Source of the DNA: Eimeria praecox
Lineage: Eukaryota
NCBI GenBank assembly: GCA_963920595.1
Contig: OY986946.1
Location: forward strand, 4,774,001 to 4,838,000
DNA length: 64,000 nucleotides
Direction of reading: 5' to 3'
The notes under the pieces are model-generated. The model did no database searches. It had not been told where the DNA came from and saw nothing but the letters and a program-made list of their open reading frames with translations. Of the stretch, positions 54,980 through 64,000 are shown piece after piece; within the stretch, counting starts at the first letter, position 1; every line of letters begins with the position of its first letter. A program made the translations under genes and the position numbers.

Positions 54980-54982
54980 ACG
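54936..54982. repeat. (AC)n microsatellite with degenerate GCACAC tail
   Basis: ~17 AC units (54,936-54,969) followed by gcacacgcacacg. Confidence 0.97.
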
Positions 54983-55550
54983 TATAATCTGCTTTTTCAT
55001 ACATGCACTATAGGGAAGTTTCCAGAGTGTTTGCTGGCCCGATCAAGAGGACAGCACTAGCGATATCTTTCAGTTGGCTCCACAGGAAAAGTGCAGCCAG
55101 AGCAATATGCTGGCCGAATGCAGTTCCTCTAGTTGCGTCTAGCACCAACGCACAGGCTGATCTACACCGAATCCAAACAGCTTCAAATCTTCTGCGCCCG
55201 TCCTAAAGAGGTGAGCCTTGCCACAGGCTTTTTAACAATAGTGCGCCATTTGCATAGCAGTGGGACGCCTCGGAATGTGGCAAGCGCTACGTATTCGTTC
55301 GCGTACACTTCCTGACGTGGATTTTCATTGGGGCCATTCAACAGACAGCAGGAAAAAGCACTGGCCACTCGGCATGCAGGAAATCGTTGACACCTTTGAC
55401 ACCATAATGAGTGCTAATTGCTTGTCCTCGCAGTCGAAGCCATGCAGTGAGCCAAGCGCATTAGGATTGGGTATATAAAGGGCGCATTTCATTCAGCCGT
55501 CCAGCCTCTCATAGACTGACTGGGTTTGCAGCTAACGCATCTGCTCTTTC

Positions 55551-56224
55551 GTGGTCCTTCTTGCACCATCAGATACAATACACAGGGCTTCCGAAACGTC
55601 GCCGTATTCAGGGTACATATCAGAATCAGCTTCCGACGCTAAATTCAAAACTTGCTTCCACAAATGCCTTGGCTGTTCAACGCTTCACCGGCAGGTCGTA
55701 AAAGAGTGTAGCGAAACCCATCCGTTGGGCCAGAACATGCCGTGCTTCATTCGCAAATGTGCAAGATGCTCAGAAGAGACGCTGCGTTCCCACCTGTCTT
55801 CTGTCTTCTTTGCTATCCGAGTTTCACCTGTCAACAAAATCGCACCACTTGTTTTCACCAGTCAGACGTTGTTCACGGTAACGGAACCGGGCAGCTAGCG
55901 ATCTCCCTAGAACGAAATCAAATGGTGCATTCTGCGTACTGCGCAAATTATGCTTCCCCTGGAACCTGTCTCACCTTCGGAATCAAGTGCAAACAGATAA
56001 TGGAGACGGAGAACCTGCCTCCAAGTGAACGATCAACGGCCTGCCTATTACATGGACGAAGTGAGACGCCACAGTGCAAGGGCTACGCACGAGGAAACGC
56101 CACTTGCGCTAGAAAGGAGCTTCGGCGCATATCCTACACGAATCACGCATCGTCCGCGTTCACCTGCTTCAATGGAGCAATCTGTCCGTACATGACCTAT
56201 TCCTTCTCGTCAAGCAACGCATAA
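55551..56224 (+). mobile_element. Possible fossil integrase N-terminal fragment
   Basis: FIRKCARC (CxxC of an HHCC finger), followed in another frame by QMVH (cf. KMAH). Weak. Confidence 0.3.
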
Positions 56225-58741
56225 CTGGATTTTCTGAGGTCCTACGGTTCTAACGGCATGAAGCTAGCGATGCACAGCACAAACGTGTACACGGCGTTTA
56301 AAAGAAGGCACGCACAGTCTGGTGGGCCAAAGGTCTTGCCACGCTCATATATGCATGAACTTAGGCTTGTAATCTTTTCCTGCCAAACTTATGCTTCATG
56401 TGGAGGCTTAGCCTCAGTTAATATTTATCGCCTATCACAGTTCGATGATCACTGGAGGTTCCTCCAGACGCCTGATACGCTGCTGCCCACGTATGTGCGT
56501 TATGCAGAGCAACCCGATGACACGGAAAAACCGAGTTGTTGTTCCCAACGGGCGCCTCGTTGGATAGGCATGGAGCTGCACCGAGGTTAGGAGCCGCAAG
56601 ACCCACATTCCTGGCGCACTTAACCGGCATAACCCAAGAATCTGCGCGTCGTCATCTCTTTCGGGTTACCTAATGTGAATGCAGGCCAAAGTGCCTCTAC
56701 CGCTCAGTTACCTACATTGTTTGCACTGACACAATTAATACGGGGGCGCCATGATGGTGGCTTTGCTTGACTTGCTGCTCCGTCAAGCGTAGCCCCATTT
56801 ATCCCCACTACGCCCAAAAGGACATGCGAGAAGGCGGCCTTAGACCCCTTGCAGTGGGCGTTACCCTACATCCTGAAATATCGGTGTTTCACAAGAGATA
56901 TCAAGGAGGCCCCTTTGTGCTGTTCGTGCTGTTGCTGTTGGTGGTGCTGCTGAATAATCTTTGATGCCATCAGATTTACGCTTGCGACTCAGTTACATGC
57001 TCAATACACACTAGCGCATCAGCAAACCTGAGCACCCTGGAGCAACATGTTTCAATGCACAGTTTACTCAGTTCTATGTTTCCTCCTACCGTTGGTGTCA
57101 GGAACATCTTAGTCGCATACAGAAGTTCTGTAACGGATGGTACAATGCGCAGGGCTCGCCAGAACTAACAACCCACTTTAACAGAATATTCATCCGGAAG
57201 AAACGCGGTTGGAATGCAGAATGAACTGATATGTAGAATCCAGTCCTATGCATGGCATTTTACTAAAGCAGACGATAGCAGACAATGCCATTAGTCAGCC
57301 GAGCAGGTGTCGAAAGCCGGTTGCTGGCCCATTAACCGCTTTAAGCAAAGACGCACGCAGGTTGCATCAAGTAAAACAACACTTTCTAGGCCAAAGCTAA
57401 ATATTAGTGTAACTGTAGTGTATCCGCACCACCAGATATTCTACACGCCATGAACCAGCAGCATAACCTGCACAGAAACGCAGTCATGCTCCTCATGCAT
57501 GAGGCTGACGCCAACGAACGACGACGAATGACCATCAACTAAAGTTCGTAAATGCAGTTGATTGGTGAGATAATGCCTTCTCATTTGGCAGGCCCGCCTA
57601 GCTCATCCCAGCGACTGATCTCCCGATTCTAGGTATTTCCATTCAGCTTTCGACCAGGGGCCTTTAGAAGCATTGCCTTCGTAAGCTCCGATGCACCGCA
57701 TCTCACCAAGGTCCACGAGCGCGGCTATATACGTCAGTGCATTGTCAATAAGATTTTCAGGCCGCTGTGCTCACACCTTGCACAAACGTAGTGTTGCTTC
57801 ACTTATGGCTAAAGTATGCAGTCTGAGACGGTAAAAAATTGTCCGCCCTGAACTGCAGTGGATCAGGATTAATCTAGTTATCGTGCAAACGTGGAACTGC
57901 TTCTTGCTGTCCCACCTCCTACCACAAGCGTAAGATTAAACTAATAGGGGGCGTGGCATAGTGGCAGAAACAACATTTTCTGTCACTGACAACTTGAGTC
58001 GTTTAACGTAACGTCACGCATCGTCAACCAGTCACTGCCAGCGACTCAGCTTCACTATCCTAAGCAATATTCAAATTTTCACACCACAACAGTATTTGAC
58101 GTGCCCACGAAATTGCTTTATTGCAACTCTAAGGTTTATTCGCACTGAAAGCACGTAGGTGTAGTTCATAATATGTGCTCCAAGCGCATTACTTCAGAAG
58201 CCTCACGTAGTTGCATTTGCCCCCAAGGAACCAGTGGCAGTAAGCTACTTTTCAAGAGGTGAGCAGTGCTGCTCGTCATTGCTAGAACGGATGCAATACA
58301 GAAGCCAGTGCTCGTGCGCGCTAACTGTTGAGGTCGTCAATCAGATCAACTGGGCAACCAGCGTAGCTGGAGGACTTACATGAATGCGTTTCAGCATACA
58401 GATGACAATAATCGGTCAGAACTGTATTTTTAGGTTCTCATAGAGGAAAGGTGAAGAGCACAAACTGACCGCCTGACAATTCGCCCGCACGTCTCTTGAT
58501 TTCCAGCGTTCCAACATGCTACCGCATCTGTAAGATGGCAATGGAAACACGAGGTGCACCATTTCGTGCACTATACATGCAGTAAAGAACGTCTGCTGTC
58601 CAAGACGCAGGTCTACATTACCACTGAGCACAGGCAGTAGCAGAGGACTTTAAGGCAACCACGGCAACTATCGGAATCTTAGACGTGGCAACTTAAGCAG
58701 CGCAATTCGTGCTATGGCATTGGCCGCAGCAAGCCTGAAAC

Positions 58742-59083
58742 ATGGATCGCTCCACCAAATCATCAGTGGCGGCCCCTATGGACTGTATATTTCTAATAAG
58801 AGCAGTGAATGTAATCTGCAGGTTCGCGTACTGCCTAAGCAGAAACCCCCCTCCACGTTGGATTGGATCTGGCGGTGTAGTCCGATTGAAGCACATACAC
58901 AATTGGTGTAGCCAGCTGGTCTACCTCAGGATGCAACGGATGGTCCTCACCAGGCCTATGCGCCAGCCGGCTATACTTCCGCCGTCAGGCGCACAGAATG
59001 TGTTGCCCAGCACAGCACCAGTTGTACCTTATTTGCTGGTGCAAGAAAGTGTACCCACACTAGCAAGTGTAGATAGTGTTTAA
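58742..59083 (+). mobile_element. Fossil integrase core fragment
   Basis: DRSTK.....P (cf. VDRFTK....P), then I.S....RL and W..QL at roughly integrase spacing. Confidence 0.45.
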
Positions 59084-60110
59084 AAGGTGAGTCATAATGG
59101 GATGCAAAAGCCGTGGAAGCTCCTCCAAACAGAAACGTAGTTTGATGTGGTTGCACTCAGAAAAGGGGCGCTGAGGTCTTGTGAGCGTCTTAGAGCTGCA
59201 GATGCACGCGTACAGACGCTTATGCACACCAACTAACTTGGAGAATGTTTCACGTCTATGGCATTCAGCGCGTTCGTAGAAAAGGCGCCGCCTGATAAGG
59301 ATCCAGCAACTTTATGATGGTGCAGTTTTTCCTGGATAGCAAATGTGTCTCCTTTTGACATCATCATGTTGAATTCTCGACTCAATCAACGCCTCCTGTC
59401 TTTAACGTAGGAATATTGAAAGCATCGCAGCAGCATAAAACTTCCTAAGCAGCAGACAGGCAAAGCGCGAAACTAGCGGGTAATCAAAGCCCGAGATGCG
59501 CGTGAATGCAAGGCACCAGTGTGCTTGCACTACCATGCTTAATCTGGAAGAGTTAGCAGTTGCAACAGGCTTTGCCGAGGGCAGAGGTAAGATATCGACT
59601 GCTTTACGGCACCTGCAAATAACTAATACTTCAGAAAAACCATTTGCCTTTGTCTACGACACATATGCTGCCCACTTCCCGTATTGCTTGGCATAAGACA
59701 TCGTCAGGCGACGTAAATGCCGCTTCGCTTCACGCGCCTTTCAACTGTCTGTGCCATGCACAATGCACCAGTCAAAAATGCTTAGCACGCCATCTGTGCA
59801 CTAGGAGCCCTTCTCCTTGTGCACATCAGCAAAACACTTTATAGCTCCATCGGAATAAGCTGCAAGCCAATGCCAGGTGCAGAACCGTGGTCAGTGCCTC
59901 AAGACCTACACGTGCCTATGTTTAACTCTCAAAACCTAAGGCCAGTCACCATCACTCATCCGAGGAAGGCCTCACATCACTCTGAGCTTTCCGGAGCATG
60001 TGGAAGTGTGCATGAGCCTGCAATATTCTCACAACAAGCTCTGGTGGAAGCAAAAACCATTTTAATTCCAGGCAATGATTAATGCAGATTTCAGGCTGCC
60101 TGAAAGTTAA

Positions 60111-60347
60111 ATGCATGATGCTCCTTGTGTTTCTCATGCAGCCAGTATGGTCCTACGTTCTGTCGTGTGCAGATGCCCCCCGAGCTCCAGCCATGTTCCC
60201 ATATTTGTAGTTTGGATACAGCTTCTGAAAGTAAACAATTTGTTGCAGGAGTTCCAAGATCCATATAGAAATGAAACACACAATCTGGCGTGGATTAGAT
60301 GGATTCCACTCCAAGCTGCTTTACTGACTTCCAGCCTAGGAAGTTGA
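60111..60347 (+). mobile_element. Possible fossil integrase C-terminal fragment
   Basis: CPPSSSHVPIFVV resembles LP....HPVFHVS. Weak. Confidence 0.3.
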
Positions 60348-62120
60348 AGGTAGGAAGAAGGCCTGTAAAATTGATGAGGACATTGTTTGCAGGCAAGCTG
60401 CCCGCACATTCAACTGCGAAATACACCAACAAAAGCATGAAGTGGGAATTTCCGGGTCTTGATGCATTCTAGGAGTCAAATGCTTGCATGCGGGCGCCTA
60501 AAGACGCCGAGTACAACAGCGTGGCGCAAGGAGAGGCCAGCAACGGGCCTTTGAGTGTGTTGACATACACAGCATAATGCTTTGCCAGACGCCGTCTTGT
60601 CGGCTGGAGCCATGGAAGTTGGTATGTTCCGCATCAGCAGGAGATGCCGGCGTGCCATGGCCTCTGGAATGGATTCTAAGCAGCGTTGAGGTATATCGGC
60701 TCACATAACAGCATCAATTGAATGTGAGCGGACGTACTACATCATAGGTTAACAGTCCCAATTATGCCAGCTTGCAGAAACCCATGTTTTGTGCTAGAGC
60801 AATCTGCAGCCGTCGCGAATTGTATGCTCGGAATATTATCGGCGGCACGAAATACTGTTCGACCCATTATACTCGATATGAAATGAAGCACAGCTCCGCT
60901 TCTACGAGTTACATGCGCGCGATTTAGGCTTTACCAAAACGGTGCACTATACACCTCAAAAACGGTAGCTGCTGAATAAGGAGCTTAAGCGGCACGTACT
61001 ACAGTGAAGGCATGCCCTCAAACCCTCTGTTTGAAGGGTTCGAGTTACTGCTATTGCCATCACGAGAGGGAGATGCGGTGCTGCTTCAGAACCAGCAGTC
61101 CATACTAATGGGAGTTTCACAAGACGAGCCCGGTGAGCCCCATCTCAAAGCAATGCCGCAAAAAAATTCAATAGTCTCCAAGGCACTAAAAAGTTCAGCA
61201 TTGCTGTCTTTGTGCTGATTCAGTATGAAAGAAACGTGAGACTCTGGCGCAACTATCATTCATTTTCACAGCGCCTCGACCTCAGTAGTCTGGATCATGC
61301 AGCAAGTGCACGCAACAGCATCAAGTGAAACGTTCAGACACCTGACTGTTGCCATGCGCGTAGCGACCTATTACTCATGTTCCGCTGCATAACGTCTGCA
61401 GTCTACACACTTGCTAAAGAAGGTTAAAGTCGGTCAGATGCGGCTTGCTGTCTGCAAAATCAGTAAGGTGTAGGCTCTTTCTTAAGCTCCTCAAGGACCC
61501 ACATATAAGGCTCACAAATTTCACTTCTCTGCGAATAATTGCCTGAGTGCAGGTCTTGCGCAACTCTGAGGGTACTCCTGCGTTGCGTCCGAACAATTAA
61601 TTTCACAGGCCGCTAATTCGACATAAGAAAGGATCGGCGGATCGATACATTTGAGCTAGCGTAAAATGAGCAAAACCGAAGAATCCGCACTTACGCCCCA
61701 TAAGCATTTGCATGCATATAATTAAAAAGATACCCTGGTCGTAGTGTGCGTTTGAAGCAGATTCTGGCTCCCCCTCAGGCAGCTTTTGAAAAGGATAGCA
61801 GGATACAGCAGTGGCCCATGAACTATCCGGCCATTTCAAGCAAGCAAAAAGTTTACAGGAGAACGGCGATGGGCAGTGGGAATGCAAGCCAGTTCACTTG
61901 GAATCAATGAAGCCTGTGACCCCAAGCAGACCATAGTAGGGGACCAAGCTGCACGCATAACACACAAAGGCATCACATGCACAACCTACCGAAGCCGCAA
62001 GCTGCGAAGAGTATTTACTGCCTCACCTCCTGCACACATGTTCAGAGTCTGCATGCAGACTGACTCGACCCTAATGAGCGAGACAACACCAAAGCCAATC
62101 TTGCACCTAATCTAGTTCAC

Positions 62121-63651
62121 ATGCGCGAAAAGCATGTCATCGAATCTTACTCTCGCGCCATGCCGTTAGCAATGCCACCCTTTGAGCGACAGCCCTTGCC
62201 TCCGAAGCCAGAAAACGTGCACACTAGCCACGCCTTTCTGCTTCTTAAATGCCTTCATGATATCCCATGCATCTGGCCGTCAGTGCTGACTGATACGCAT
62301 GGAGGCACGTTAACAAGCATACAATTCAAGCTCTCCCGCTTGAAAAATATCTGGCTGGAAGATACCTCAAGAATCTGTGCCACATACGATCCTAGATAAA
62401 ACTCGGTGCCTACACCAAAGGCTCAAATGCATCTGTCTACTACGTCCGTCTTGCACACTCCCTCACTACACCAGACGAATCAGAAACTGTACGCGAACCA
62501 TTTAAACCGTGCTGCCTCGTCTAGTTCTAGCAGGCATGACTCGTGAGACTTGGCGCATGTGGCTTGCGTTGCGAGGCTAATGAGCATTACATTTTCAGCA
62601 CTAGGAAGCACCTCGGTCTACGGCGCTACACAAACAACTAAAAAGGTCAAACTCCTGTGCGAACACCTAGCTGCCCTCCACCCTAAACCTACGTCAGCAG
62701 TGTACCCCATTAAGCAAATCGTGGCACCGCGACATCACAAAGTATAGGCAAGCGTCTCGTTAAGAAGTGACGCACGTCCTACAGCACCACCAGGAGCGTC
62801 ATAAGCTACACCAGATGTCCCATCCCAGTTACATCCAACCGACAAACTGCTAGTATCCAGGAGCACAGAAAGCGCTGCTGCTTCAGCTTGGGTCTGCTGA
62901 AGACAGCGGTTCCTTTTGCATGTCAGGTGCGGCGAAAAAACGATATGCTTAATCGTACAAGGTGCTTCTTTACGCTCCAGGCCCCGCCATGCGAACAGAC
63001 GCATCTCCCACGCACAGGTGAGTCCAAGCAAATCCATATCAAGGCATTTCACACATAGCTTGCCCCGCGGCAATTGCAGAGCATTCTAATTCATTTTGCA
63101 CAGCATGGCTGGTTTTATAGAGTGACCCTGTTGGCAATTTCTCCTTGTTGGTGTATGCACACTAATAGTTATGTACAAAATCGACGCAGCGCACCAACTG
63201 GAAGGAGCGGCAAACCGTCTACATCTGTACAAATAAGACACTAGCAGGGTGCAGACGGTTTACTTTTCCAAGCGGGCTAACCATTCGTAAGGGCCCTCCT
63301 CAATCACAAACGCCCCACCTAGCAGCGTAGGGCATTCGCGGACAACGGAGTCCAGCGGTAAGTCACAGACAGCCCTGATGTTGTTGGCAGCAGCTATGCC
63401 AAGCTTTCGTAGCAAGCCTTCACGCTGTAAGGCCTGTCAATATCTTGCTCCTTTGCAATAAGCAAAAGATACCACAAACGCTGTCCCAACGCAACAGCTC
63501 TGCAGTTGACTGGCTGTTCCAGCCTCTGCTGTTCCAGCAGAGACTCAGAGTGCCAACTCCGTCTCTCATGGGGCGATCCTCAGTTACACTCACAAGAGCC
63601 GCGCTGCTTCTCAAAGAAGGATTGTTTTGCGTGCAAGGAAAGCGCAGCTAA
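62121..63651 (+). mobile_element. Fossil gypsy RT (N-terminus through connection), probably continuing past the window end
   Basis: RT N-terminus: LPPK....H and RL...W....SRICA (ORF 62,121). FSALG resembles FS.LD (ORF 62,550). Connection: AV..L.Q.L.....LRVP (ORF 63,445). Confidence 0.55.
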
Positions 63652-64000
63652 TGAAGCGGCAATTTCTGTTAAACTGCTGAGTGCCAGAAAGGGCCAAATT
63701 GTCCCAACAAACAACGCGGAGTTCGACCTGCATCAGCATCACACCCATCAGCCCCTTGCATTTCAACATGTGCCCGATACGCCTCTATTTGCGCCAGTCC
63801 AAATGCACACCCCTTGATAATCTTCCATCACAGGCATTCACCGAAGCCCTGGATGTGAGACACGCACTTGCTAAAAAACAGTGCAACGGCGGGAATGTTC
63901 CAGTTGCAAGTGTTCGTTATCTTTGCAGTTCACGATCAACTCCATCCAAGCACACGCTCCTTTTACCGTAGTACGTGGTTCTCACGGATGTTCAAGTAAA

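Noticed and set aside
54737..55000. ORF with VCVCVC run
   Set aside because: Translation of the (AC)n microsatellite.
38590..64000. Intact cellular genes or an active transposon
   Set aside because: All ORFs are under 200 aa and lack catalytic motifs. Small spliced exons cannot be fully excluded.
1..64000. Telomeric or long CAG repeat tracts
   Set aside because: None seen in the window.

Overview
Gene-poor eukaryotic repetitive DNA, with no intact cellular gene, RNA gene or CRISPR array recognised. Bases 1-~37,820 are the right-hand end of a 684-bp tandem satellite (~55 monomers, strongly C/A-rich on the + strand). The array has a homogeneous core, local higher-order repeats and a progressively degenerate edge, and ends in one highly diverged monomer (~37,955-38,585). 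The monomer is 228 codons long and stop-free in one + frame, giving apparent ORFs of up to 5,680 aa. Bases ~38,590-64,000 are a mosaic of heavily decayed Ty3/gypsy (chromovirus-type) pol fossils. Degenerate RT, RNase H, integrase, GPF and chromodomain motifs can be read in canonical order in several copies on both strands. One copy is tandemly duplicated (3,939 bp), and a third copy shows a gene-conversion-like identity profile. The main hypothesis is that the satellite monomer is itself an amplified fragment of the retrotransposon aspartic-protease region, making this a retroelement-born satellite at a candidate centromere/heterochromatin boundary, probably in an Eimeria-like coccidian. All protein-family assignments were made by eye against recalled Ty3/gypsy motif consensus, not by database search, and need HMM/tBLASTn confirmation.
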